A model generated the notes under the pieces. It did not search any database. It was given only the letters and a program-made list of their open reading frames with translations, and was not told where the DNA came from. Made by a program: the position numbers and the translations under genes. A stretch of 64,000 nucleotides of DNA, taken from the NCBI GenBank assembly GCA_022791755.1, contig JAAVZR010000031.1:7830-71829 (forward strand), in the 5' to 3' direction. Source of the DNA: Lachnospiraceae bacterium. Its GTDB lineage: Bacteria; Bacillota; Clostridia; Lachnospirales; Lachnospiraceae. Shown one piece after another: positions 20,143 to 31,132 of this stretch; position 1 is the stretch's first letter, and the number at the start of each line of letters is the position of its first letter.

Positions 20143-22040
20143 CATTTAATATAGAAGAAGAACTGAAGAAGCTTCCGTCCTCCCCCGGCGTTTATCTGAT
20201 GCATGACTGCCATGACGAAATTATCTATGTGGGCAAGGCCATCAGCCTGAAAAACCGGGTGCGGCAGTATTTTCAGAGCAGCCGCGGCAAGACCGCGAAG
20301 ATCCTCCAGATGGTTCAGAATATTGCGTGGTTTGAATATATTCTGACCGATTCAGAGATGGAAGCATTGGTATTGGAGTGCAATCTGATCAAGGAGCACC
20401 GTCCCCGCTACAATACCATGCTGATGGATGACAAGAGTTATCCCTATATCAAGGTGACGGTGCAGGAGGAGTATCCGCGGATTCTGCTCTCCAGGGATAT
20501 GAAGAAGGATAAGTCCCGTTACTATGGGCCCTACACCAGTGCCACGGCGGTGAAGGACACGATTGAGCTTATGCATAAGCTGTTCCGGCTGCGCACCTGC
20601 CGGAGAAATCTGCCGGAGGACATCGGTAAGGGCCGCCCCTGCCTGAACTATCACATCGGGCAGTGCGCCGCCCCGTGCCAGGGTTATATCACGAAGGAAC
20701 AGTACAAAGAGGCGGTGCAGGGCGTCATGGATTTTCTGGGGGGAGACTTTGAACCGGTGATCCGTTCCCTGGAGAGTCAGATGAAAAGCTGTGCGGAAAA
20801 TCTGGATTTTGAGACGGCGGTGACCTACAGGGAACTGTTAAACAGTGTGCGCCATATCACGCAGAAGCAGAAGATCACGGACTCAGCCGGCCAGGAGGAC
20901 CGTGATATCATCGCCCTGGCCAGAGAGAAGCAGGAGGCTGTGGTGCAGATCTTTTTCGTGAGAGGGGGCAAGATGATCGGCCGCGACCACTGCTATCTGG
21001 CCATAGACGAGGGGGAGGCCGACGGACAGATTCTGGGCGAATTCGTCAAACAGTTTTATGCCGGGACGCCGGTGATCCCCAGGGAGCTGTTTTTACAGTA
21101 TCCGCTGAAGGAGGAGGAGCTGATCGGAGAATGGCTGGGTAAGAAACGGGGGCAGAAGGTGACGTTTCGCACGCCGGTGAAGGGAGAGAAGGCCCGTCTG
21201 GTGGAACTGGCGGCCCGCAACGCCCGCCTGGTGTTAGACCAGGATAAGGAGAAACTTAGGCGGGAGGAAAAGCGGACCACAGGAGCAGCCCGTCAGCTGT
21301 CTGTGCTGTTGGGGCTGCCGGAGTGCGTCCGCATGGAGGCCTATGATATTTCCAATATCAGCGGCGTACAGTCGGTGGGCTCCATGGTCGTCTATGAGAA
21401 CGGCCGCCCGAAACGGTCGGACTACCGCAAATTCCGGATCCGCTATGTGGAAGGGCCCAATGATTATGCCTCCATGGAGGAGGTGCTGACCCGGCGGTTT
21501 ACCCATGGACTGGAAGAGAAGGCGGCCGGCGAGGAGAGGGTGTCGGGCAGCTTTGACCGTTTCCCTGACCTGATTCTCATGGACGGCGGCAAAGGCCAGG
21601 TCAATATTGCAGAGGGAGTGTTAAAGAATCTGGGCCTTTCGATCCCGGTCTGCGGCATGGTCAAGGACGATAATCACCGTACCAGAGGGCTTTATTTCCA
21701 GGGAAAGGAGGTTCCTCTGGACCGTCACGCAGAGAGCTTTCAGCTGATTACAAGAATCCAGGACGAGGCTCACCGATTCGCCATCGAATATCACAGAAGC
21801 ATTCGCAGCAAGGAACAGATCCATTCTGTCCTTGACGATATCGAGGGGATCGGCCCGGCCCGGCGCAAAGCGCTGATGCGGTATTTTAAAACCATCGAGG
21901 CGATCCGGGACGCCACGCCGGAGGAGCTGGGCGGTGTTCCTCAGATGAATGCCCGGGCTGCCAGGGCGGTCTATGATTTTTTCCGTGAGAGGGAGCGAAG
22001 GAGGCTGGAGGCAGCCTCCCCGGACAGGGGCAGTGAATAG
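20139..22040 (+). CDS. uvrC: Excinuclease ABC subunit C
   Basis: GIY-YIG (GVYLMHD ... IIYVGKA), UvrB-interacting region, RNase H-like endonuclease domain and a C-terminal (HhH)2. Confidence 0.95.
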   Translation: MTFNIEEELKKLPSSPGVYLMHDCHDEIIYVGKAISLKNRVRQYFQSSRGKTAKILQMVQNIAWFEYILTDSEMEALVLECNLIKEHRPRYNTMLMDDKSYPYIKVTVQEEYPRILLSRDMKKDKSRYYGPYTSATAVKDTIELMHKLFRLRTCRRNLPEDIGKGRPCLNYHIGQCAAPCQGYITKEQYKEAVQGVMDFLGGDFEPVIRSLESQMKSCAENLDFETAVTYRELLNSVRHITQKQKITDSAGQEDRDIIALAREKQEAVVQIFFVRGGKMIGRDHCYLAIDEGEADGQILGEFVKQFYAGTPVIPRELFLQYPLKEEELIGEWLGKKRGQKVTFRTPVKGEKARLVELAARNARLVLDQDKEKLRREEKRTTGAARQLSVLLGLPECVRMEAYDISNISGVQSVGSMVVYENGRPKRSDYRKFRIRYVEGPNDYASMEEVLTRRFTHGLEEKAAGEERVSGSFDRFPDLILMDGGKGQVNIAEGVLKNLGLSIPVCGMVKDDNHRTRGLYFQGKEVPLDRHAESFQLITRIQDEAHRFAIEYHRSIRSKEQIHSVLDDIEGIGPARRKALMRYFKTIEAIRDATPEELGGVPQMNARAARAVYDFFRERERRRLEAASPDRGSE

Positions 22041-22208
22041 GATATTTCCTGTAATCAGGCGGACCGAAAAATTTCGTTCCGTCTCTTGCACTTCGCCCCT
22101 TATTATGTTAAGATTAAAGCGGAAAATGCTGTGCGGCCCGGTTTGTTACGAAACGGGTCCGTACAGCTATTATACGGACTCCGCCGGCGCGGAGGGAAGG
22201 AGCGGTTT

Positions 22209-23138
22209 ATGGCAGTAACGGTTACCGATGTGATTAAAAAATATTCCCTGCGTTCCCTGACACCGGAAATAGACACGGACAGAATCCGCATCAACCACTC
22301 GGATATCAATCGTCCCGCACTGCAGCTGGCCGGATATTTTGATCATTTCGGCAAAGAAAGAGTACAGATCATCGGATTGGTGGAATACACATATATTGAA
22401 ACCATGGGCAGAGAGTTTAAGCTGAAGGTCTTTGAAACGCTCTTTGCCAGTGAGATCCCCTGCCTTATCTATTGCAGGAGTTTAGAACCGGATGAGGATA
22501 TCGTGGAGCTGGCGCATCGCTATGGCGTCTCCGTGCTGGTATCGGATATGATTACTTCGGACTTTATGGGTGAGATCATCCGCTGGCTGAAGACACAGCT
22601 GGCCCCCATGATTACGATTCATGGCGTGCTGGTGGAGGTGTTCGGCGAAGGTGTTCTGATTATGGGCGAGAGCGGTATCGGAAAGAGCGAAGCGGCGCTG
22701 GAACTGATTAAACGGGGACACCGCCTGGTGACGGATGATGTGGTGGAGCTTCGCAAGGTCAGCGACGATACGCTGGTGGGCAGCGCGCCGGATATCACAC
22801 GTCATCTTATAGAGCTGCGGGGAATCGGTATCGTGGATGTGAAGGGCCTGTTTGGAGTGGCCGCGGTTAAGAATACCCAGAGCGTGGATATGGTAATCAA
22901 GCTGGAGGAGTGGAGCCGTGACAAGGAGTACGACCGCCTGGGGCTGGATGACCAGTATATTGAATTTCTCGGCAATAAGGTCGTATGTTATAATATTCCG
23001 ATCCGGCCGGGCCGCAATCTGGCGGTCATAGTGGAGTCGGCAGCCGTGAATTCCCGACAAAAGAAGATGGGCTATAATGCGGCCCAGGAGCTGTACAAGA
23101 AGGTGCAGAGAAGTCTGGAATTATCGGAGATAGAATAG
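22209..23138 (+). CDS. hprK: HPr kinase/phosphorylase
   Basis: P-loop GESGIGKSE, and LVTDD and ELRGIGI signatures. The ATG at 22209 is preceded by GGAGGGAAGGAG. Confidence 0.9.
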   Translation: MAVTVTDVIKKYSLRSLTPEIDTDRIRINHSDINRPALQLAGYFDHFGKERVQIIGLVEYTYIETMGREFKLKVFETLFASEIPCLIYCRSLEPDEDIVELAHRYGVSVLVSDMITSDFMGEIIRWLKTQLAPMITIHGVLVEVFGEGVLIMGESGIGKSEAALELIKRGHRLVTDDVVELRKVSDDTLVGSAPDITRHLIELRGIGIVDVKGLFGVAAVKNTQSVDMVIKLEEWSRDKEYDRLGLDDQYIEFLGNKVVCYNIPIRPGRNLAVIVESAAVNSRQKKMGYNAAQELYKKVQRSLELSEIE

Positions 23139-23140
23139 AG

Positions 23141-24043
23141 ATGGATTTTTGGGAAAAGCTATATAGCCTGGCAGGGGACAGAGCCCGAAGGAATGAGCCC
23201 ATGCGCTTTCATACTACCTTCCGGGCCGGGGGACCGGCTGATTTTTATGTGACACCGGCAGATGCCGGTATGCTTTTAAAGGTCGTCAGTCTGTGCCGGG
23301 AGCAAGGTATGACGTACCTGGTCATAGGCAATGGCAGCAATCTTCTGTGTACGGACGCGGGCTTTCGGGGAGTGATTATTGACACGACGAAAGGGTTAAA
23401 CCACTGCGAGAGAACGGGGCGGAGGCTTGTGGCAGGGACAGGCGCGCTTTTAGGGAATGTGGCGAAGAAGGCTATGCAGGCCGGTCTGTCCGGACTGGAG
23501 TTTGCCGCAGGGATTCCCGGCAGCGTGGGCGGCGCCACCGTTATGAATGCCGGCGCCTATGGCGGTGAGATGAGCCAGGTGATCGAGTGGGTGCGGGTTT
23601 TGGATGCGGATGGCCATGAGCGGGAGATACCGGCCGGGCAAATGGATTTTTCCTATCGTCACAGCATAGTGGAGTCCGGCGGTTTTATCGTGCTGGAAGC
23701 CGGCTTTGCGCTGGAGGAGAAGGACAGGGAGCAGGTCCGCGCACATATGGACCTGCTGGCCGAAAAGAGACGGGAAAAGCAGCCTGTGGAATATCCCAGC
23801 GCCGGCAGTACATTCAAGCGGCCCGTGGGAGGATTTGCGTCAAAGCTGATTGATGAGGCAGGCCTCAAGGGACTCACCGTAGGGGGGGCTCAGGTTTCGG
23901 AGAAACATGCCGGTTTTGTCATTAACCGGGGAGGAGCCACGGCAGCGGATATTCTGGAGCTTTGCGGCGTGGTGAGGGGAAAGGTAAAAGAGCGTACGGG
24001 CATCGATCTCGAGATGGAAGTGAAAGTAATCGGAGAACGGTGA
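23141..24043 (+). CDS. murB: UDP-N-acetylenolpyruvoylglucosamine reductase
   Basis: FAD-binding PCMH domain (GNGSNLL), and C-terminal SAGSTFKRP ... AGFVIN motifs. Confidence 0.9.
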   Translation: MDFWEKLYSLAGDRARRNEPMRFHTTFRAGGPADFYVTPADAGMLLKVVSLCREQGMTYLVIGNGSNLLCTDAGFRGVIIDTTKGLNHCERTGRRLVAGTGALLGNVAKKAMQAGLSGLEFAAGIPGSVGGATVMNAGAYGGEMSQVIEWVRVLDADGHEREIPAGQMDFSYRHSIVESGGFIVLEAGFALEEKDREQVRAHMDLLAEKRREKQPVEYPSAGSTFKRPVGGFASKLIDEAGLKGLTVGGAQVSEKHAGFVINRGGATAADILELCGVVRGKVKERTGIDLEMEVKVIGER

Positions 24044-24064
24044 CTTACATAAGGAGAGCGAAAT

Positions 24065-25021
24065 ATGTCATTTTCCTCCCGGGTAAAGGATGAACTGGCA
24101 GAGATATACAGCAGCGCCCGTCACTGTCAGATTGCGGAGATTGCCGCCATGCTCAGCATGGACGGAAAGATTCTTAACACCGGTAAGAACAGCCCGATCG
24201 TGGTGCTTGCCACGGAAAATCTGCCGGTTGCAAGAAAGTGCTTTACATTATTGCGAAAAACATTTAATATAAATACGGAAGTTTCCGTAAGACGCGGTAC
24301 ATTTTTGCAAAAAAATGGAAATTACACACTTCTTGTGTCGAATCCGGAAGATGTGGAGAAACTATTGAGTGCCACTCGCATGACGCCGCTGCCCGGAACA
24401 GGGCAGTGGATTCCGGGCAAGCTGATTTTGCAGAACGACTGTTGTCGGCGGGCATTTCTGCGGGGGGCTTATCTGGCCTGCGGTTCCATGAGTAATCCGG
24501 AGAAGGGATATCACTTTGAGATTTCCTGTACGGCCCGGGAAAAGGCGGAGCAGCTTTGCCAGGTATTTGCGTCCTTTGGCGTGGATGCCAGGATTATCCT
24601 GCGCAAGAAATATTATGTCCTCTATGTGAAGGAGGGCGATCAGATCGTGGACATTCTGAATATTATGGCTGCCCACGTGGCTCTTCTGGAGCTGGAGAAT
24701 ATCCGGATCCTGAAGGGAGTCAGGGAGACGGTGAACCGGCAGGTAAACTGCGAGACCGCCAACCTGGGAAAGACGACTTCAGCTGCCTGCGGACAGATGA
24801 ATGATATTTTGCTGATTCAAAAGAGGATGGGCCTTCAGAATCTCCCGAAGCTTTTGCGGGATACGGCGACAGCCCGTCTGAACTGGCCGGATGCTTCCTT
24901 AAAGGAGCTGGGAGATCTCATGGATCCTCCGGTGGGAAAATCCGGCGTCAATCATCGTCTGCGTAAGCTGAAGGAGCTGGCAGATAGCTTACGAGTTAAC
25001 GAGGAGGATGTATCATGTTGA
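24065..25021 (+). CDS. whiA: DNA-binding protein WhiA
   Basis: MSFSSRVKDEL start, degenerate LAGLIDADG-like domains (FLRGAYLACGS), and a C-terminal HTH (GVNHRLRKL). Confidence 0.9.
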   Translation: MSFSSRVKDELAEIYSSARHCQIAEIAAMLSMDGKILNTGKNSPIVVLATENLPVARKCFTLLRKTFNINTEVSVRRGTFLQKNGNYTLLVSNPEDVEKLLSATRMTPLPGTGQWIPGKLILQNDCCRRAFLRGAYLACGSMSNPEKGYHFEISCTAREKAEQLCQVFASFGVDARIILRKKYYVLYVKEGDQIVDILNIMAAHVALLELENIRILKGVRETVNRQVNCETANLGKTTSAACGQMNDILLIQKRMGLQNLPKLLRDTATARLNWPDASLKELGDLMDPPVGKSGVNHRLRKLKELADSLRVNEEDVSC

Positions 25022-25272
25022 CAAAGAACATCACAGTCGAGCTTCCTGCGAATCAGGAGTCAAGACCGGTAGCCATGCTGGTACAGGTGGCCAGTCAGTA
25101 CGAGAGCGTGATCCATATGGAGAACGGCGCTGTCCGGGCCAATGTCAAGAGTATCATGGGCATGATGGCTTTCGGACTGAAGAGCGGTATGGAGGTCGCG
25201 CTGACGGTGGACGGGAAGGATGAGGCGGATGCGATGGAAGCCATGGAGAAGCAGCTGAGCCGCGCCTGCTGA
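25015..25272 (+). CDS. Crh-like HPr paralogue (Ser46 motif present; position 15 is Glu, not His)
   Basis: NVKSIMGMMAF matches the Ser46 region. Aligned to GLHARPA, the sequence NQESRPVA puts Glu at position 15. It sits directly after whiA, like B. subtilis crh. Confidence 0.75.
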   Translation: MLTKNITVELPANQESRPVAMLVQVASQYESVIHMENGAVRANVKSIMGMMAFGLKSGMEVALTVDGKDEADAMEAMEKQLSRAC

Positions 25273-25273
25273 T

Positions 25274-25855
25274 ATGGAGTGCGCGACAAATCCGACGAAA
25301 AAGCTGGCCTATCAGGCCGGCCTCTGGTTTTTATTTTTGGGGAATATCGCACTGTTCGCGGCAGGCTGTGTGGCCATGGCGCTGGGCGTGATTCCGGCGT
25401 CGTGGCGGGGGGCCGTGGCGATGGTGCTGGTGGGTTTGGTGGGAGCTCTGTTTCCGGCTTTTCTGCTGTTGATACGGGGCTTATCCATCTCCGGGACCCA
25501 GCGGGTCTTTCTGACGGATGGAACGATTTTATTTTGTACCTGGGATGCGGACCATGGCGCCGGCGGCGCAAAGCATCGTTTTTATAAGGTATGGAAGGTA
25601 TCGGACTATGTGGTGAGAAGAAACAGAATCGAAATAAACGCATTTGTATGGTATGCCGAGAGAGTGATGGAGCGGGGGAGTCTGCCGGTGACGGACGGTT
25701 TTCTCGCAGATCTGCCGGATCTGTTCCGGGAGGCGATACGCTGCCGGAGGGAGTTTTCCATTTGCAGGACGCTGGATCATGAGGAGGAGCTGCTGGCGGC
25801 TTTAAACAGCCGAAAGGAGACGGCGGCCGGGGCGGAGGATACCGGCAGTAATTGA
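25274..25855 (+). CDS. Hypothetical membrane protein (2-3 TM plus soluble C-terminal domain)
   Basis: Starts 2 nt after the crh-like stop. Hydrophobic N-terminal helices. I recognised no family. Confidence 0.5.
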   Translation: MECATNPTKKLAYQAGLWFLFLGNIALFAAGCVAMALGVIPASWRGAVAMVLVGLVGALFPAFLLLIRGLSISGTQRVFLTDGTILFCTWDADHGAGGAKHRFYKVWKVSDYVVRRNRIEINAFVWYAERVMERGSLPVTDGFLADLPDLFREAIRCRREFSICRTLDHEEELLAALNSRKETAAGAEDTGSN

Positions 25856-25876
25856 CAGAGAGACCATACAGGTATG

Positions 25877-25932
25877 AAAGAGAACAGCCTTCCGACAGGA
25901 CCGTTTCCTGTGTGGAAGGCTGTTCTCTTTCG
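25877..25932. terminator. Strong hairpin terminator (17-bp perfect arms)
   Basis: AAAGAGAACAGCCTTCC ... GGAAGGCTGTTCTCTTT. Sits between convergent genes. Confidence 0.7.
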
Positions 25933-25975
25933 CATCTGATTATATCATAGAGATATCCCGGTAAGATACGGGGAA

Positions 25976-26452
25976 TCAGAAAAGCATGGACAGCAGCTGA
26001 GTCACAGTGCCGACTAAAAGATTACAGGTAAAGAAAGCCAGAATGATGGTGCCGGTCAGATTGGAGTTTTTGGCGCGTTTCATTTCCTTGCTGAAATCCT
26101 GCACGATGCAGCAGGAAGGATCCGAAGGAACATAAGAAATGGGATAATTGCCGCCTGTGGTATAGTAGCCTCTTCTCTTTTCCGCGAAATCCATTTTAAA
26201 CGTATAGGTTTGCCCGTTAGCCGTATAGGATATGACCGGATATTCGTTTGTCCAGCGGAAGGAGCGGTTGCGGCGGGTGACAGTGACCAGCTCGGTAATG
26301 GAACCGTTTGCCGTGGCGGTCATCTCGCCGGAGCGCTTCAGGGCCTCATTGAGCCGTTTAAAATGGCGGAAGCAATTCCAGGCTAAGAGGCCAAGAACAA
26401 GAGCAATCACAAACATAATACCGCTGAGCATAAGATAAAAACTGTTGTCCAT
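25976..26452 (-). CDS. DUF3592-like membrane protein
   Basis: N- and C-terminal TM helices flank a beta-rich domain with the E..V...R ... YPV.SY..NGQ.Y pattern. Confidence 0.6.
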   Translation of the reverse strand: MDNSFYLMLSGIMFVIALVLGLLAWNCFRHFKRLNEALKRSGEMTATANGSITELVTVTRRNRSFRWTNEYPVISYTANGQTYTFKMDFAEKRRGYYTTGGNYPISYVPSDPSCCIVQDFSKEMKRAKNSNLTGTIILAFFTCNLLVGTVTQLLSMLF

Positions 26453-26512
26453 ATTGATTTACCTCCTGTACCGGGATGCGGCCTGGACCAGAGGAGCCGT
26501 CATCCGTATTTT

Positions 26513-26570
26513 GGAAACCATTCCGCCATGTGTCACTCAGGGCGGAACGGTTTCCTTCTTTTTGTTTTTC
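26513..26570 (+). other. 15-bp-stem hairpin followed by a T-run on the + strand (orphan terminator-like element, or 5'-UTR stem of the minus-strand gene)
   Basis: GGAAACCATTCCGCC - 13 nt - GGCGGAACGGTTTCC, then TTCTTTTTGTTTTT. Confidence 0.4.
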
Positions 26571-26576
26571 AAAGCT

Positions 26577-26605
26577 ATAATAGTATAAAAAAGTGAATAA
26601 TGCAA
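26577..26605 (-). promoter_or_regulatory. Candidate sigma-70 promoter for the DUF3592 gene
   Basis: Minus strand reads TTGCAT - 17 bp - TATTAT. Confidence 0.4.
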
Positions 26606-26650
26606 GATAAAACGGGTATAAAATAATGATAATAGCGATTTCTTAATTAT

Positions 26651-27649
26651 TTATTTACCGGCGGCTTTTTGCGAGTACGTGCAGGTCACCAGCTGATCGT
26701 AGGGGACGCGCTCAGGGAGCTCGCCGGCCTCTTCGAGAATATCCTGCAAAAGCTCAAAACTGCTCTGTTCAAAGATCGTATCTTCCTTCCAGGTGTCCTG
26801 CTCCAGGTAGCGTCCCACGATGATGGCTATGGTGGCCTCGTCGGTCTCAGGAAACTGCGGGGCGATGACGGCGGCGATTTCCTCTGCTGTATGGCTGTTT
26901 ACATAATCCATACCCTTCTGGATGGCGTTGGTAAATCCCTGGATGATATCGGGATGGCTTTCCATATAACTTTTCTGTGCGCTGTAGGCAGTGTAGGGCA
27001 CATAGCCGCTGGCTTCTCCCAGGGAAGCTACCACATAGCCGTTGCCTTCCTGTTCCAGTAAAGTGGCATAGGGCTCGAACTCTACGGTGTAATTCACATC
27101 GGAGCTGGTAAAGGCGGCTGCGGTCAGGCCGAAGGAGATGCTCTGGTCGATGGAGAGATCGGAAGCGGGATCCAGGCCGTTTTTCTTTAAGATATATTCG
27201 AAGACCATCTGAGGCATACCGCCTTTACGTCCGCCAAGCACAGTAGCGCCCTGCAAATCCGTCCAGGAAAAGTTTTCCGCAGGCTCTCTTGCCACCAGGA
27301 AGTTACCGGCCCGCTGAGTCAGCTGCGCAAAATTGACGACATAATTTTCAGCCCCCTCGGCATAGACATAGATGCTGGCCTCTGACCCCATAAAGCCGAT
27401 ATCAGCGTCGCCGGAGATCAGGGCCGTCATGACCTTGTCGGCTCCGCCGCCGTTTACCAGAGTCAGATCGATCCCCTCATCCTTAAAATAGCCCAGCTCG
27501 ATGGCGGCATACTGCGGGGCATAGAAAATGGAGTGTGCCACTTCATTTAAAGTGACTTTTGTCAAATCGCCGCTTCCTTTACAGCCTGCAATGGAAAACA
27601 GGGACAGAATCAGAAGCAGCGACAGGAAGAAAGAAATGCTTTTTTTCAT
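26651..27649 (-). CDS. ABC-type substrate-binding lipoprotein (NMT1/THI5-like, nitrate/sulfonate/bicarbonate class); no adjacent permease or ATPase
   Basis: Lipobox SIAGC, the AP.YAA.E.GYF pattern, and a periplasmic-binding fold length of about 330 aa. Confidence 0.75.
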   Translation of the reverse strand: MKKSISFFLSLLLILSLFSIAGCKGSGDLTKVTLNEVAHSIFYAPQYAAIELGYFKDEGIDLTLVNGGGADKVMTALISGDADIGFMGSEASIYVYAEGAENYVVNFAQLTQRAGNFLVAREPAENFSWTDLQGATVLGGRKGGMPQMVFEYILKKNGLDPASDLSIDQSISFGLTAAAFTSSDVNYTVEFEPYATLLEQEGNGYVVASLGEASGYVPYTAYSAQKSYMESHPDIIQGFTNAIQKGMDYVNSHTAEEIAAVIAPQFPETDEATIAIIVGRYLEQDTWKEDTIFEQSSFELLQDILEEAGELPERVPYDQLVTCTYSQKAAGK

Positions 27650-27760
27650 AAACGTCCTCCAGTTAAAAATTCAATACTATAGGGTATGGGGAAGACAAGG
27701 GGAAGGTGAGGGGGATATTCGGAATATAGCCAGGGAAAAAGAATTGCCGTGTATCAAGCC

Positions 27761-27794
27761 AAACAGAGACGCCGCAAATATCAGGGCGTCTCTG
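27761..27794 (-). terminator. Terminator after the PTS IIB gene
   Basis: CAGAGACGCC ... GGCGTCTCTG stem. On the minus strand it is followed by TTTGGCTT. Confidence 0.5.
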
Positions 27795-27821
27795 CTTGAT
27801 CTTTATGAGAGAAAAGAGGTT

Positions 27822-28121
27822 TTATTGATTGGTGATTTTATGAGCCAGTTTCATTACCTTCTCTGCGTCGCCGATTGCGTAGTCCAGTGAAGGGATGGCT
27901 TCCATGGGGATCTGGATTTCCTTTTCCATATCATCCATACGGTAGCTGGCCTGGGGAGCAACCAGTACGCAGTCCCAGCCGTTGCTCCACTGTTCGATCG
28001 CTTCACCGGTTCCCATAGCGACGATTTCCAGATCTTCGCCGTGGGATGCGGCCCAGCTTTTCATTTTCTTCATCAGGATGCTGCTGGACAGACCGCCAGC
28101 ACAGCATAACAATATTCTCAT
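27822..28121 (-). CDS. PTS lactose/cellobiose-family EIIB
   Basis: MRILLCCAGGLSSS active-site Cys motif, about 100 aa. Confidence 0.9.
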   Translation of the reverse strand: MRILLCCAGGLSSSILMKKMKSWAASHGEDLEIVAMGTGEAIEQWSNGWDCVLVAPQASYRMDDMEKEIQIPMEAIPSLDYAIGDAEKVMKLAHKITNQ

Positions 28122-28183
28122 GTTTATGATTCTCCTTGCATTTTTTTATATTTCATGGCATAGCAGTGTGAAACCTTCCGGCA

Positions 28184-29668
<1,485 letters not shown>

Positions 29669-31102
29669 CTATTCCAGCTCTTCCCCGTTGGAAGCGATGA
29701 CTTTCTTATACCAGTAAAAGCTGTCCTTGCGGTAGCGTTTCATCTCGGCGTCCTTTGCCTTTTCGTCGTCCTCATCCCGGTCCACATAGATAAAGCCATA
29801 ACGTTTCGTAATGCCCTCTCTGGTCGATACGAGATCAATGGCGCTCCAGGGACAGTAGCCGATCAGCATGGCGCCTTCGTCGATACCGATGGACATCTGG
29901 CGGATCGTCTCCCGCAGGTGCTCGATCCGGTACGAGTCATGGACCGTGCCGTCGGCTTCCAGCGTATCAGGGCGTCCGTAACCGTTTTCGGTGATGATAA
30001 GCGGCAGATGATACCGGTCGGTCAATCGTCTGGCCGTTACACGAATGCAGCAGGGATCAAACCGGTGGCCGTCCTGGCCATGGGGGAATTTGGGATTTCC
30101 CACGGCTTTGGCAACGCCGGGTTTTTCGGCCAGCTTCTGTAAATAGCTCATCTGGCGGTTATCCGCTCCTTCCAGCTCGCTTAAATCCAGAGGATAATAT
30201 TCACAGTATTCCACCGTATCGTTGCCATAGCAGTTAAAGCCGATGAAATCGGGATGACAGGTGCGCATGCACTCAAAATCGCCCTCCTGCGCCTCGATCT
30301 GAATACCGTTTAACTCGAAATAGCGGTTCATGCTGGCCGGATAGCTGCCAAACACCAGGGCGTCCAGATAAAAATTGTTGCGCAGATCGTCGTTGTTTAA
30401 GGCAGCCAGATAGTTCACCGGATCGCTGTCCGCAGGATAAGCCGTCGTAATGTTGGGCGCCGGCCCGATCATCGCGCCGGGACACATCTCATGGCAGAGA
30501 TGGATGGCCTGGGCCTGCGCTACCAGCTGGTTGTGAGCTTCGTTGTACAGATTGTTTATATCCTGCAATTTCATGGTGCCGCCGACCATGTCCACCGCTC
30601 CGTAATAGATCAGCATGTTCTGCTCATTGTAGGTCAGCCAGTATTTGACGTCGTCCCGGAAATTCTCGAACAGAACCCGGCAATAGTTTACATATGCCTC
30701 CCCCATACGGCGGTCACGCCAGCTTCCGTATTTTTTTTGCAGCGCCAGCGGCAGATCAAAATGGAAGATGGTCACCAAGGGCTCAATTCCGTACTTGCGG
30801 CACTGGCGAAAAACATCTTTATAAAAATCAATTCCCTCCTGATTGATCGTTCCTTCGCCTTCAGGCAGGATCCTCGCCCAGGCGATGGACAGGCGGAACA
30901 TTTTAAAGCCCATCTCCCCTAAGAGAGCGATATCTTCTTTATAGTGATGATAAAAATCCGATGCATAATGAAAGGAACAGCAACCTGGATTCAAAGGCCG
31001 CACATCCCATGTGGTCAGGCCCTTGCCGCCGCAGTCATAGCCGCCTTCAAACTGAGCGCTTGAAGAGCTGCCGCCCCAGAAAAAATTCTTAGGAAAAGAC
31101 AT
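29669..31102 (-). CDS. 6-phospho-beta-glucosidase (GH1), copy 2 (divergent paralogue)
   Basis: FFWGGSSSSAQFEG start, TYNEQN, and ITENGYG. Confidence 0.9.
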   Translation of the reverse strand: MSFPKNFFWGGSSSSAQFEGGYDCGGKGLTTWDVRPLNPGCCSFHYASDFYHHYKEDIALLGEMGFKMFRLSIAWARILPEGEGTINQEGIDFYKDVFRQCRKYGIEPLVTIFHFDLPLALQKKYGSWRDRRMGEAYVNYCRVLFENFRDDVKYWLTYNEQNMLIYYGAVDMVGGTMKLQDINNLYNEAHNQLVAQAQAIHLCHEMCPGAMIGPAPNITTAYPADSDPVNYLAALNNDDLRNNFYLDALVFGSYPASMNRYFELNGIQIEAQEGDFECMRTCHPDFIGFNCYGNDTVEYCEYYPLDLSELEGADNRQMSYLQKLAEKPGVAKAVGNPKFPHGQDGHRFDPCCIRVTARRLTDRYHLPLIITENGYGRPDTLEADGTVHDSYRIEHLRETIRQMSIGIDEGAMLIGYCPWSAIDLVSTREGITKRYGFIYVDRDEDDEKAKDAEMKRYRKDSFYWYKKVIASNGEELE

Positions 31103-31132
31103 GTTAATCTCCTTTCATTGTCCGTTTTATGG

